Notes: generated from the letters alone by a model not told the origin. Counted from the first letter of the stretch, positions 30,914-44,608 are shown. The stretch: DNA of 64,000 nt from Nitrospirota bacterium (GCA_963721805.1 CAVRJY010000002.1:128001-192000); one strand, 5' to 3'. Translations and numbers: made by a program.

Positions 30914-32179
30914 ATGTTGATGGAACATATTCACAGGACGATCCTCAACAACATGAGCGAGGCCGTATACGTCGTAGACCGCGGCCTCAGGATCACCTAC
31001 GCAAACCCCGCCGCCGAGACGCTCACCGGTTACGGCCATGACGAATCAGTCGGCACGATGTGCCACGACATATTTTGCGAGAGGTCCTTCAGGTGCGCCT
31101 CGGGCTGCCCGCCCCGCACCGCGATCGAGACCGCGACGCCCATCCTGCACCGCGAGGCCGAGACCAAGACCCGCTCCGGAGAGGTGCGGCAGACCCAGAT
31201 CTCGATATCACCGTTTTTCGAGCGCGGCGAGTGCCAGGGCGCGGTCATCGTAATCAAGGACATAACGGAACTGCGCCAGGCCGAGGAGTCCGTAAAGAGG
31301 CAGAACAAGTTCCTCACCACGGTCATCGACTCGCTGCCGCACCCGTTTTGCGTCATCGACGCCGAGAGCCTCGAGGTGAAGGCGGCCAACGCCGCGGCAT
31401 GCGACGGCCCCATCCCCGGTGGGCTAAAATGCTACGAGATGTCGCACCACAGCACCGAGCCGTGCTCGGGCAGAGAGCACCCCTGCCCCTGCCGCGAGGT
31501 CAGGGTCCACAAGCTTCCGGTGGTCGTCGAGCACACGCACGTCGGCCACGACGGCATCGAAACGACCGTGGAGGTCCACGGCGTGCCGGTCTTTGACGAG
31601 CGGCAGCACGTCCGCGAGATCATCGAATACAGCCTCGATGTCTCGGAGCGCAAGAGGTTTGAGAAGAACCTCAAGCACCTCGCGTACTTCGACCAGCTTA
31701 CGGGGGTGGCCAACCGCACGCTTTTTTTCGACAGGCTCGGCCACGAGATCAAGGGAGCGGCAAGAAACTCGCGCATGCTCGCGGTGCTGTTTATGGACCT
31801 GGACCGTTTTAAGGCCGTAAACGACTCGTTCGGACACGACGCCGGCGACCTGCTGCTTAAGGAGTCCGCCGAAAGGATCGCGTCGTGCCTGCGCGCCTCT
31901 GACACCCTCGCCCGTATCGGCGGCGACGAGTTCGCGGTAATCTTGTCTGAGATTAAAAACCCTCTCGACGCCAAGCTGGTTGCGAAGAAGATCGCGGGGG
32001 CCATGGACGAGGCGTTCCTCATCTCGGGCAACGAGATCCGCGTGGGCGTAAGCGTGGGTATCAGCATCTGCCCGGATGACGGCACCACCGCCGACGAGCT
32101 GATGAAGAAATCGGACATCGCGATGTACAAGACAAAGCTCGAAGACGGCGAGGTCTGCAGCTTCTACTCCGAGGGCTGA
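30914..32179 (+). CDS. PAS-PAS diguanylate cyclase
   Basis: Two Cys-rich PAS domains; DQLTGVANR, RASD, GGDEF. Confidence 0.9.
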   Translation: MLMEHIHRTILNNMSEAVYVVDRGLRITYANPAAETLTGYGHDESVGTMCHDIFCERSFRCASGCPPRTAIETATPILHREAETKTRSGEVRQTQISISPFFERGECQGAVIVIKDITELRQAEESVKRQNKFLTTVIDSLPHPFCVIDAESLEVKAANAAACDGPIPGGLKCYEMSHHSTEPCSGREHPCPCREVRVHKLPVVVEHTHVGHDGIETTVEVHGVPVFDERQHVREIIEYSLDVSERKRFEKNLKHLAYFDQLTGVANRTLFFDRLGHEIKGAARNSRMLAVLFMDLDRFKAVNDSFGHDAGDLLLKESAERIASCLRASDTLARIGGDEFAVILSEIKNPLDAKLVAKKIAGAMDEAFLISGNEIRVGVSVGISICPDDGTTADELMKKSDIAMYKTKLEDGEVCSFYSEG

Positions 32180-32182
32180 ACG

Positions 32183-32216
32183 AAAAAGGGGACGGGCAGT
32201 CTCCTGTCCGTCCCCT
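32183..32216 (-). terminator. Intrinsic terminator after pgk, between convergent genes
   Basis: AGGGGACGGGCAG-TCTC-CTGTCCGTCCCCT preceded by an A-run; second hairpin at 32239-32273. Confidence 0.7.
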
Positions 32217-32279
32217 CTAAATGATCCGATCCTTATTCCGCAGCAAATTCCAGCGCAGCGTAAATTTGCTGCGAGCCCC

Positions 32280-33482
32280 TTATTCCCTGTCCGTGAGTGC
32301 CGAGATGCCGGGCAGGTCGCGGCCTTCCAGCAGCTGCAGCGATGCGCCCCCGCCGGTCGATATGAACGAGATCGAGTCCGAGACCCCGGCGCGGTGCACC
32401 GCCAGGTCCGTGTCCCCGCCGCCCACAATCGTAAGCGCGAATGCGTCGGCCACCGAGTGCGCCACAGCGAACGTCCCGCGCGAGAACGCGTCTACCTCGA
32501 ACAGCCCCATAGGGCCGTTCCAGAGCACGGTCTTCGCGTTTGCCAGCGCGGCGCTAAACAGCCTGACCGACGCGGGCCCGATGTCCAGCGCGCGCCAGCC
32601 GCGCGGGATCTCCTGCGTCGGGACTATCTTCGTCTCGGCCCCCGGGTCGGTGCTCTGCGCGATGACGACGTCCACCGGCAGGTAGAACTTCACGTTGTTC
32701 TTCCTGAGCTTGTCCCTGATCTTCTCGGCCAGCCCGAGCATGTCCGGCTCGACTATCGAGTCGCCTACCTCGTAGCCCATGGCCTTTATAAACGTAAACG
32801 CCATCCCGCCGCCGACGATGACCTTGTCGACCTTGTCCGAGAGGTTCTCTAGCACGCCGATCTTCCCCGAGACCTTAGCCCCGCCCAGGATCGCGACGAA
32901 CGGGCGCACCGGGTTGCTCACCACGCCCTTGAGGTACTCGATCTCCTTTTTCATAAGGAAGCCGACGCCGGCCGGGATGTACTTTGCGATGCCGACTATC
33001 GAGGCGTGCGCGCGGTGCGATGCGCCGAAGGCGTCGTCTAGGTAGAGGTCAGCGTTTGCGGCCAGGGCCTTGGCGAACTCATCGTCGTTGGCCTCCTCGC
33101 CCGGATGGAAGCGGAGGTTCTCGAGCACGAGGACGTCGCCGTTTTTCATCTTGTCGACCGCGGCCGTCACCTCAGGCCCGATGCAGTCCGGGACGAAGTT
33201 GACCTCCTTGTTCAGGAGCCTCTGGAGGCGCTTGGCCACGAGGCCGAGGCTGGATTTGGGGTCCGGCTTGCCCTTCGGCCTGCCGAGGTGCGAGGCCACG
33301 ATGACCCGCGCCCCCTCGTCGATGCAGTAGTTGATCGTCGGCAGGGCCGAGCGTATGCGGTGGTCGTCCGTGATCATCAGGTTTTCGTCCACCGGCACGT
33401 TGAAGTCCACGCGGATGAAGACGCGCTTGCCCTTAAGCTGCATGTCCTCGATGGTCAGTTTCTTGAAAATCGAGCTGCTCAT
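32280..33482 (-). CDS. pgk: Phosphoglycerate kinase
   Basis: RVDFNVP, SHLGRP, LENLRF, GGAKVS, STGGGASL. Confidence 0.97.
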   Translation of the reverse strand: MSSSIFKKLTIEDMQLKGKRVFIRVDFNVPVDENLMITDDHRIRSALPTINYCIDEGARVIVASHLGRPKGKPDPKSSLGLVAKRLQRLLNKEVNFVPDCIGPEVTAAVDKMKNGDVLVLENLRFHPGEEANDDEFAKALAANADLYLDDAFGASHRAHASIVGIAKYIPAGVGFLMKKEIEYLKGVVSNPVRPFVAILGGAKVSGKIGVLENLSDKVDKVIVGGGMAFTFIKAMGYEVGDSIVEPDMLGLAEKIRDKLRKNNVKFYLPVDVVIAQSTDPGAETKIVPTQEIPRGWRALDIGPASVRLFSAALANAKTVLWNGPMGLFEVDAFSRGTFAVAHSVADAFALTIVGGGDTDLAVHRAGVSDSISFISTGGGASLQLLEGRDLPGISALTDRE

Positions 33483-33491
33483 CTCGTGCGC

Positions 33492-35758
<2,267 letters not shown>

Positions 35759-35908
35759 TCGGCCTCCGGGCGCAACCCAAACTTTGTTGATATGAACATT
35801 ATGGAAACACTCTCCCTATGTTTGCCGCAAGGTTTTGGCTTAATACGGATATGCCAAGAATACGATAATATTATCACGGACGGATAAGGAAAGCAATTTA
35901 AGGCAAAC

Positions 35909-37039
<1,131 letters not shown>

Positions 37040-37510
37040 CTAACTTGCCAGGCGCTCAAGCGCGATGCGGAGCGCCTCTTCGGGGCCGGGGGCCGCGAGC
37101 ACGCCCTTGATCTCCCACGAGCCGAGCCCTATGACCGGCTTCTCCATCTGGAGGAAAAACGCGATCTCCGAAAGCGTCCCGTACCCGCCGCGCACGGCTA
37201 TCGCCGCGTCCGCGGTGCGGGCGATCACGGCGTTTCGGGCTATCCCGAGGCCGGTGGGGATCGCGATATCAATATTGGGGTTCGCCTCGGAGCGGCGCTC
37301 TCCGGGCAGGATGCCGATAGTCAGGCCGCCCGAGGCGTTGGCGCCGCGTGCGGCGGCCTCCATCACCCCGCCCAGGCCGCCGCATACGAGCACGCAGCCA
37401 GCTTCGGCTAAAAGACGGCCTATGGCCGCGGCCTCGTCTAACGCCCTCTTACCGGCGGTTCGGCTGCCGATGACCGCGATCAGGGGGCCTGATAATAGTG
37501 TCTTCTTCAA
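37040..37510 (-). CDS. LOG/TIGR00725-family protein; start uncertain
   Basis: CGGLGGVMEAA, ARNAVI, GGYGTLSEI. Confidence 0.88.
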   Translation of the reverse strand: MKKTLLSGPLIAVIGSRTAGKRALDEAAAIGRLLAEAGCVLVCGGLGGVMEAAARGANASGGLTIGILPGERRSEANPNIDIAIPTGLGIARNAVIARTADAAIAVRGGYGTLSEIAFFLQMEKPVIGLGSWEIKGVLAAPGPEEALRIALERLAS

Positions 37511-37543
37511 GGGAGCATTATATTTTATGTGGGAGCTTTTTTC

Positions 37544-37730
37544 AAAGCGCTCCAAATCGCTTGATACGTCGTTGGGCTTCGAAGACTCGCCCTCGAAGTA
37601 CGTCTCAGTACGTCGTCGGGCGGTCTTCTCGCCCTGCCTTGTCTGAAGACGATTTGGGCGCGCTTTCGGGGGTGGGAAAAAGGAGGGGGCCAGTCGGCCC
37701 CGCCCCCCGGCCCCCCGAGGTCAACGGCAT
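37544..37730 (+). repeat. Structured repeat copy D
   Basis: Core 37544-37666, 52-nt G/C-rich spacer, tail 37719-37730. Confidence 0.85.
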
Positions 37731-37846
37731 TGATTGAATATGAGCGGGGAAGGGGCCCCGTGAATAAGTGAGCGAAGCGATTAGAAGAGGTGCCCGTGGC
37801 ACCCCCCCCGGCCATCGTGAGATGGCCGGGGGGAAGGGGCTTCAGG

Positions 37847-39250
37847 TTATTTGTAGATGCTCATGAACGTCTGGATGCTCGTGGCGTCGGACTGGTCCCA
37901 TGTGATGAGGGCGGTGCCGTGGTCGCTCATCGCGACCTGTACGTCATGGGTGTCCTGCCCGTCGGGGCTGATGTTGTCCGTAAGGGCGGAGGGGTTGGTC
38001 CATGCCCCACTTCTGTATTCGCTCTTGAAGATCTGCAAGGTCGTGCCGTCACTCTGCGGCCAGGTGATGATCGCGTTTCCGTTGTCGTCCATCGCGACCT
38101 GGGGGATCGTGGTGTTCTGACCTGCTATGCTGATGTGATCCGTAAGCGAGGAGGGGTTCGTCCACGAGCCGCTTCTGTACTCGCTCTTGAATATCTGCGT
38201 GTTCGTGCCGTCGTACTGCTGCCAGGTGATTATCGCGTTTCCGTTGTCGTCCATCGCGACCTCAGGATAAACCGCGTTCTGCCCGTCGGGGCTTATGTAA
38301 TCCGTAATCAGCGGGTTGGCCCATGCGGCGCTTCTGTACTCGCTTTTGTAAATCAGGTAGTTTGAGCCGTTGTATTGTGTCCATGTGATGATCGCGTTTC
38401 CATTGTTGTCCATCGCGACCTCGGGCTGCCCGGCGAGTTGCCCGTCGGGGCTGATGTTATCCGTAAGAGAGGAGGGGTCGGTCCATGCTCCGCTTCTGTA
38501 TTCGCTCTTGAAGATCTGCGTGGCCGAGCCGTCGGACTGCTCCCAGATTATGATCGCGTTTCCGCTTGCGTCCATCGCGACCTTGGCGTAGCTGGCGTCC
38601 TGCCCGTCGGGGCTGATGTTGTCAGCGAGGTTGGCCGGGTTGGTCCATGTGCTGCCGTCGTATGTGCTCCTGTAGACCTGCTGGTTCGAGCCGTCGGGCT
38701 GAAGCCAGGTGATGACCGCGGTCCCGTCGTCGGACATCGCGACCTGCGGGTTGCCGGTATGCGTCCCGTCCGGGCTGATATTATCCGAAATGCTGGCCGG
38801 GAACGTCCACGATCCGCTACGGTACTCGGCCTTGAATACCTGATAGAACGAGCCGTCGTACTGGCTCCATACGATTATCGCGTTGCCGTTGTTGTCCATC
38901 GCGACCATCGGCGAGACGGACGTGTGCCCGTCGATGCTGACGATATCGGCGAGGCTGGCGGGCGTGGTCCATGAGCCGCCCCGGTACTCGGCCTTATATA
39001 TCTGGGTCTCGACTCCATCGTTTTGGTACCATACGACTATCGCGTCTCCGCTGTTGTCCATCGCGACCTGCGGAAAGTGCACGTCCTGCCCGTTGGGGCT
39101 GAGGTTGTCAGTAAGCGATGAGGGATTCGTCCATGCGGCTGATGAGCCGCCGCTGTCGCTGCTGCTGCTGCCCGTGCAGCCGACCGCAAAGGTCAAGAGC
39201 ATCAGAGCCAATACCGCAATTAACGAACGGACAATCCTGATTTTAACCAT
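37847..39250 (-). CDS. Lipoprotein with eight ~54-aa repeats (probable beta-propeller)
   Basis: AVGC lipobox, Ser-rich linker, 8x WTNP..L.D.ISPDG.....P.VAMD.NGNAII.W.Q.DG...QI.KSEYR. Confidence 0.85.
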   Translation of the reverse strand: MVKIRIVRSLIAVLALMLLTFAVGCTGSSSSDSGGSSAAWTNPSSLTDNLSPNGQDVHFPQVAMDNSGDAIVVWYQNDGVETQIYKAEYRGGSWTTPASLADIVSIDGHTSVSPMVAMDNNGNAIIVWSQYDGSFYQVFKAEYRSGSWTFPASISDNISPDGTHTGNPQVAMSDDGTAVITWLQPDGSNQQVYRSTYDGSTWTNPANLADNISPDGQDASYAKVAMDASGNAIIIWEQSDGSATQIFKSEYRSGAWTDPSSLTDNISPDGQLAGQPEVAMDNNGNAIITWTQYNGSNYLIYKSEYRSAAWANPLITDYISPDGQNAVYPEVAMDDNGNAIITWQQYDGTNTQIFKSEYRSGSWTNPSSLTDHISIAGQNTTIPQVAMDDNGNAIITWPQSDGTTLQIFKSEYRSGAWTNPSALTDNISPDGQDTHDVQVAMSDHGTALITWDQSDATSIQTFMSIYK

Positions 39251-39381
39251 ATCTCCCCCCGAACGCGCTGGATTTAAACTGCCGCGTATTATGGACAGTC
39301 CCGGAATAAATTGCAAGCACAATATATTAATTCAAATTACCAGCCTTAGACTCCGCCGGGGCGTTGTGATAGAATTTTCAT

Positions 39382-40185
39382 ATGAAGAGATCCCCCGCCG
39401 TGGCAGGCCAGTTCTATCCGGGCAACCCGCAGGCCCTCGCGGCCGACGTCGCCGCGATGTCGGACCCGGAGGCCGTGCGCGCCGATACGATTGGCGCGGT
39501 CTGTCCGCACGCCGGGCTGGTATACTCGGGCGGCGTGGCCGGGGCGGTATACTCGCGGATCAAGGCCCCGCACACGTTCATCATCCTCGGCCCGAACCAC
39601 ACCGGGCGCGGCGCGGACGTCGCGATCATGGCCGAGGGCGCATGGGCTGTGCCGGGCGGCGAGTGCAAGATCGACGCTAAGCTCGCCCGCGCGATCATGG
39701 GGCTCTCCCCGCTCGTCGAGCCGGACGACGAGGCCCACCGCTACGAGCACTCGATAGAGGTCCAGCTCCCGTTCATCCTCCACCATGCCCCCGGCGCCCT
39801 TATCGTGCCGATAACGATCATGTTCGCCACTTTGCAGGACCTCAAGGCCCTCGGCCGCGCCATAGCAGAGACGGTGCGAGGCGCGGGCTATCCGGTCGTG
39901 ATCGTGGCGAGCTCTGACATGAGCCACTTCAACACGGACGCCGAGGCGCGAGTGCAGGATGCGATGGCGATAGAGCACCTGCTTACGCTTGATCCCGGCG
40001 GGCTTTACAGCACCGTGCGCGGGCATAACATATCTATGTGCGGCGTGCTGCCCGCCACAGCGATGCTCGAGGCCGCCAACCACCTAGGCGCGAGCAAGGC
40101 CGAGCTCGTGCGCTATGCGACCTCCGGCGAGACGAGCGGGGACTACGACCGGGTGGTCGGATACGCCGGGGTGTTAGTCACCTAA
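39382..40185 (+). CDS. amrB: AmmeMemoRadiSam system protein B (MEMO1 family)
   Basis: PAVAGQFYP, PHAG..YSG, GPNH, EHSIEVQLPF, SSDMSH, SMCG, VVGYA. Confidence 0.92.
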   Translation: MKRSPAVAGQFYPGNPQALAADVAAMSDPEAVRADTIGAVCPHAGLVYSGGVAGAVYSRIKAPHTFIILGPNHTGRGADVAIMAEGAWAVPGGECKIDAKLARAIMGLSPLVEPDDEAHRYEHSIEVQLPFILHHAPGALIVPITIMFATLQDLKALGRAIAETVRGAGYPVVIVASSDMSHFNTDAEARVQDAMAIEHLLTLDPGGLYSTVRGHNISMCGVLPATAMLEAANHLGASKAELVRYATSGETSGDYDRVVGYAGVLVT

Positions 40186-40186
40186 G

Positions 40187-40783
40187 TTGGACCCGCTGGA
40201 GATCATCCGGGCGCGCTACCGCGAACACCCCAAGGCGCTGTCTGCGCTGCTCGCGCACTCCGAGGCAGTGGCCGAGAAGGCCATCGCGTGCGCCGCGCGC
40301 GTCGCCCACCTCAAGCCGGATCTGGCGTTCATCCGCGAGGCCGCGATGCTCCACGACATCGGGATCATCGAGTGCGACGCCCCGCAGCTTGGCTGTCACG
40401 GGCCGCACCCCTATATCTGCCACGGGTACCTCGGGGCCGAGATGCTGAGGGCCGAGGGTTTACCGCGCCATGCCGTGGTCTGCGAGACGCATGTGGGAGT
40501 GGGGCTGACGGCGGCCGAGATCATCGAGAAGGGCTTCCCGATCCCTGGCCGCGACATGGTCCCCGAGAGCATCGAGGAGGTCATCATCAGCTTCGCGGAC
40601 AAGTTCTTCTCGAAGGATGAGCGGCCGGGCGAGGAGAAGCCGCTCTGGCTCATCCGCGAGCGCATAGACCGCTTCGGCCCAGGCAAGCTCGATGTGTTCG
40701 ATAAGTGGTGCCAACTGTTCGGTGTACGCCTGAGAGAAGGGCCAGTCGGCCCCATTGACAGTGGCCGCGGCGGGCGGATATAA
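40187..40783 (+). CDS. HD-domain metal-dependent hydrolase
   Basis: HS..VA, LHDIG, YICHG, HVGVG, ADKFFSK. Confidence 0.88.
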   Translation: MDPLEIIRARYREHPKALSALLAHSEAVAEKAIACAARVAHLKPDLAFIREAAMLHDIGIIECDAPQLGCHGPHPYICHGYLGAEMLRAEGLPRHAVVCETHVGVGLTAAEIIEKGFPIPGRDMVPESIEEVIISFADKFFSKDERPGEEKPLWLIRERIDRFGPGKLDVFDKWCQLFGVRLREGPVGPIDSGRGGRI

Positions 40784-40932
40784 TTGGATCATGTACGCGC
40801 GCGCGATATCAGAGAGGCGACTTAGCGGAGCCGGGAGGCTCTATCTGCCCGCTATCGCCCGCTGCACCTGAATCGCAGCAGAGATAGCAACGGATAAGGC
40901 CACGGCGCTTAAGCCCGTGGCCTTTTTATTTT
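40755..40932 (+). promoter_or_regulatory. leuA promoter, short leader ORF and terminator (putative attenuator)
   Basis: TTGACA-18-TATAAT; leader ORF 40791-40871; AAGGCCACGG...CCGTGGCCTT-TTTATTTT terminator just upstream of the leuA RBS. Confidence 0.6.
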
Positions 40933-40959
40933 GATGACCAGATAATCAGGGAGGCATAT

Positions 40960-42473
40960 ATGACAGAGGCAAGACGCATCAGGATATTCGACACCACGCT
41001 CCGTGACGGCGAGCAGTCGCCCGGCTGCTCGATGACCGCGGAGGAAAAGCTGCTGATCGCCAAGCAGCTTAGCCGCATGGGCGTGGACATCATAGAGGCC
41101 GGGTTCGCGATCAGCTCGCAGGGCGACTTCGACTCGATCAAGCGCATAGCCAATGAGGTCGCAGGGGCCGGTGATATGCTCGCTCGCGCGCGCGAAGGAG
41201 ATGGACATCAAGCGCGCGTACGAGGCGATCAAGGACGCGCCCAAGCGGCGCATCCATACGTTTCACTCGACCTCGGACATCCACCTCAAGTATCAGGTCA
41301 AGATAGACCGCGCCGAGGCGCTTAAGCGCTCGGTCGAGATGGTCAAGCTCGCGCGCTCTCTGGTCGAGGACGTCGAGTTCTCGCCGATGGACGCGACGCG
41401 GACGGATACCGGATACCTCTGCGAGGTCGTAGAGGCCGTGATCGCGGCCGGGGCGAGCACCGTGAACATCCCGGACACCGTCGGATACACCCTGCCCGAG
41501 GAGTTCGGGACGCTCATCGCATACGATCAAGGAGCGCATCGGAGACAGCGCGATCATCGCGGTGCACTGCCACAACGACCTCGGGCTCTCGGTCGCTAAC
41601 TCGCTTAGCGCGGTGCTAAACGGCGCGGGGCAGGTCGAGTGCACGATCAACGGGATAGGCGAGCGCGCCGGGAACTGCTCGATGGAGGAGGTCGTGATGG
41701 CGCTGCGCACGCGGCGGGACTTCTATCAGGCCGACACCGGCATCCGCACCGAGGAGATCATCAGATCGAGCCGCCTGCTGACGAAGATCACGGGCATAGA
41801 GGTGCAGCCCAACAAGGCTATAGTCGGGGCCAACGCGTTTAGCCATGAGAGCGGGATACACCAGGACGGCCTTCTCAAGGACAAGTCCACGTACGAGATT
41901 ATCCGGCCAGAAACTATCGGGTTGGTTAGCACTAAATTGGTTTTAGGAAAGCACTCGGGGCGGCACGCGTTTAAGGACAGGCTCACCGAGCTTGGGTATA
42001 CGCTGACGCCCGATGAGATCGAGGCCGCGTTCGTGAAGTTCAAGCACCTCGCGGACCAGAAGAAGGACATCTTTGACGAGGACCTGGAGGCCATAGTCTC
42101 GGACGAGCTTCACCGCCCGAACGAGCTGTACACGCTAAAGAAGCTCGATATCTCTTGCGGCACCGAGCATAAGCCGGTCGCGACCGTTGCGATCACGACG
42201 CCGGAGGGCGAGAAGAAGATCACCTCGGAGGGCGACGGCCCGGTGGACGCGGCGTTTAAGGGCATCGCGGAACTCACGGGCACTAAGAGCAGGCTGCTGA
42301 AGTTCGAGGTCAAGAGCGTCACGGGCGGGATGGACGCGCTGGGCGAGGTGATGGTATCGCTGGAAGAGGACGGAAAGACCGTCCGGGGCGTCGGGGCGGA
42401 TACGGATATAATCGTTGCGTCCGCGAAGGCGTATCTCACCGCGATAAATAAATTAGCTGCGAGGACGTGCTGA
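40960..42473 (+). CDS. leuA: 2-isopropylmalate synthase; +1 frameshifts near 41163 and 41526
   Basis: [44 protein letters not shown]-terminal regulatory domain. Confidence 0.93.
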
Positions 42474-42474
42474 G

Positions 42475-42636
42475 AAAGCCGCGCTAAATTGGCTGATACT
42501 GCGTCACGGCTGCGGCCCCAATCCTCAACGTACGTCACAGTACGCCTCCGGTTGTGGTCCTCGCCGTTCCTTGTCTGAGCATAATTTATCGCGCTTTGGT
42601 GATGCCAGCGCTCCATGAGCGAGCGGTCAACGGCAT
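42475..42636 (+). repeat. Structured repeat copy E
   Basis: Core 42475-42597 starting just after the leuA stop; 27-nt spacer; tail 42625-42636. Confidence 0.85.
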
Positions 42637-42721
42637 TAACTGATGTGCGCTCCTGCTAGTTGTGCGTCCGCGCAATAAAATATTGTCGTTTGCAATATAT
42701 ATGAGTTGTGTCCCTAATTAT

Positions 42722-43507
42722 CTACTTAAATAGTCCTTCAATTGCGGGCCCAATCTGACCCCATACAGTTGAAAGATTTGACGCTACGGCCAACATTTGT
42801 AAGGACGTATTGATTAGTCCGTTCTTTCTTGTTTCCTTTGGTGTTTCATATTGCGTCACAAGATATTCAACATGTTCCATTTGCTCCTTTATTTCCGTGT
42901 CACTCATTTTCGATTCTTTAATTGCAGTAAGAAGCTTGTCAAACAGTTCAGCGTCAGCGATGCTTGTTTCCTTCATTTTTTCAATATGTCCGTGAATAGA
43001 TCCATAGACCGTTCCAGTATTAATTGCGCCTACATCCCCACGTACGTTAATTACTGTTCCGCCATGTGACGGGATTTCTAGCTTCAACTCTTCCTGCATA
43101 ATATTTATTTTGTTTGCTATACGCGACGAATATTTCAGCTTATCGCGTTCACAGCTTTTAGCGAAAGCTTGCTTCGCCATCTCAGGGACCATATGGAGGG
43201 AAATTCGAGAATAAGCCGCCTCGATGAATCCATTGGCAATCCTAATAAATTCACCATTTAGTGTTTCATAATAAGCTCCCGATGGTAGTGAGGCCGCTCT
43301 TGATAATGCAGTCTTCTCGGCGGATAATAGTTTATCCAACAATTCATCCAAATACTTTTTTCCAATTTCGATGAGTTGGGATGAGAATGGCCCGCTATGA
43401 TGTCCTCTACTTGCCTCTGAGTCAGCCGCCTGCTCACATTCCTCATTAATTTGTTTGAAGTATTGTTCCACTAGTATCTCAGATTGCATTCTAGTATAAG
43501 CTTGCAT
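42722..43507 (-). CDS. Hypothetical protein, AT-rich
   Basis: Long ORF, GGAGG RBS before ATG 43507, lower GC than flanks. Confidence 0.75.
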   Translation of the reverse strand: MQAYTRMQSEILVEQYFKQINEECEQAADSEASRGHHSGPFSSQLIEIGKKYLDELLDKLLSAEKTALSRAASLPSGAYYETLNGEFIRIANGFIEAAYSRISLHMVPEMAKQAFAKSCERDKLKYSSRIANKINIMQEELKLEIPSHGGTVINVRGDVGAINTGTVYGSIHGHIEKMKETSIADAELFDKLLTAIKESKMSDTEIKEQMEHVEYLVTQYETPKETRKNGLINTSLQMLAVASNLSTVWGQIGPAIEGLFK

Positions 43508-43632
43508 GGCAACCTCCAATGTAAGAGAAATAGTACAACAGATACATTCTTTTCTCTGATCGTAAAATAACATATTTGACCGCATACCACAACACCCCGG
43601 AACTGGTCAGCAGAACATCGCACCTCGCCAAC

Positions 43633-43652
43633 TTATAACGTATATGTTATAA
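43633..43652. promoter_or_regulatory. Palindromic operator overlapping the TA promoter -10
   Basis: TTATAAC-GTATAT-GTTATAA immediately upstream of the toxin ATG. Confidence 0.65.
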
Positions 43653-43658
43653 TTAACC

Positions 43659-44015
43659 ATGGACTGGACGGTGGAGTTTTACCGCGACTCCAAAGGCGGT
43701 GAGCCGGTGGCGGAGTTCCTCGATGTGCTTCCGGTTGAGCCGAGGGCCAAGGTGCTTAGGCTCATGGAGTTGCTTGCGCGCTACGGTGTTCTGCTCAAAG
43801 AGCCGCATACGAAGCAGATACGCGGCAAGATACGGGAGCTGCGCGTGACGGACAGCATCGGGGCCGTGCGCGTGCTCTACTTCGGGCATACGGGAAAGCG
43901 GCTTATTCTGCTGCACGGGTTTGTGAAGAAGTCAGACAAGACGCCGCAAAAAGAGATAGACATTGCCGAGCGGAGGATGCGCGATTTCCTCGACCGGCAG
44001 GGAGGTATCAGATGA
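43659..44015 (+). CDS. RelE/ParE-family toxin (Gp49/DUF891-like)
   Basis: W.VEFY...G..PV.EFL, IRELR, RVLYF, LLHGFVKKSDKTP. Confidence 0.88.
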   Translation: MDWTVEFYRDSKGGEPVAEFLDVLPVEPRAKVLRLMELLARYGVLLKEPHTKQIRGKIRELRVTDSIGAVRVLYFGHTGKRLILLHGFVKKSDKTPQKEIDIAERRMRDFLDRQGGIR

Positions 44016-44308
44016 AGGGCAGGACGTTAAGCGAGTACATCGGACAGCAGAAGAAAAGCCCCGAGTTTCGGAAGGCGTGGGAAAATCTAGACCCCGAATT
44101 CGAGCTTATGGAGAGCCTGCTTAAGGCGCGTCAGCGCTCCGGGCTTACGCAGGCCGAGCTTGCGGAGAAGATAGGCACCAAGCAGCCCGCCCTTTCGAGG
44201 CTTGAGCGCGGGGGGTTCAGGAAGGCGACGGTCGAGACCCTGCACAAGATAGCGGACGCGCTTGACGTAGAGCTGGTCGTGAAGCTTCAGCCCTCGCGCA
44301 AGCATTAA
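44012..44308 (+). CDS. XRE-family HTH antitoxin (HigA-like)
   Basis: GLTQAELAEKIGTKQPALSRLE; ATGA overlap with the toxin. Confidence 0.88.
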   Translation: MKGRTLSEYIGQQKKSPEFRKAWENLDPEFELMESLLKARQRSGLTQAELAEKIGTKQPALSRLERGGFRKATVETLHKIADALDVELVVKLQPSRKH

Positions 44309-44343
44309 CCCCCCATAGCATAAAACCCCGGAACTGGTCAATA

Positions 44344-44383
44344 GGAACTGGTTCCTAGGAACCAGTTCCCAGGAATCGGTTCC
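44344..44383. repeat. Three tandem 12-bp near-palindromes, 14-bp period
   Basis: GGAACTGGTTCC-TA-GGAACCAGTTCC-CA-GGAATCGGTTCC; the first two form a perfect 26-bp palindrome. Confidence 0.75.
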
Positions 44384-44608
44384 CATGGACGCGTTCCGCC
44401 AAGAAGTTCTATCCTCAGCCATGATGTATATAGTAGACATATTAAAGAGGCCGGAAAACCGGGAGGCCGCATGGAAAACGTTTCTGAACGCCTAAACACG
44501 GGGGCGGTCAAATAAATGCGAAATTCCGAAGGGTTGAGGCATGTTTTGAATTTTCATTTGAACGCTATAAAAAAATCGCGCGTGTCCGGGCGCGGAATGT
44601 ATATAACG

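Noticed and set aside
44385..44515. Short ORFs after the palindrome array
   Set aside because: Under 40 aa with no recognisable motif; possibly a gene remnant but not supportable.
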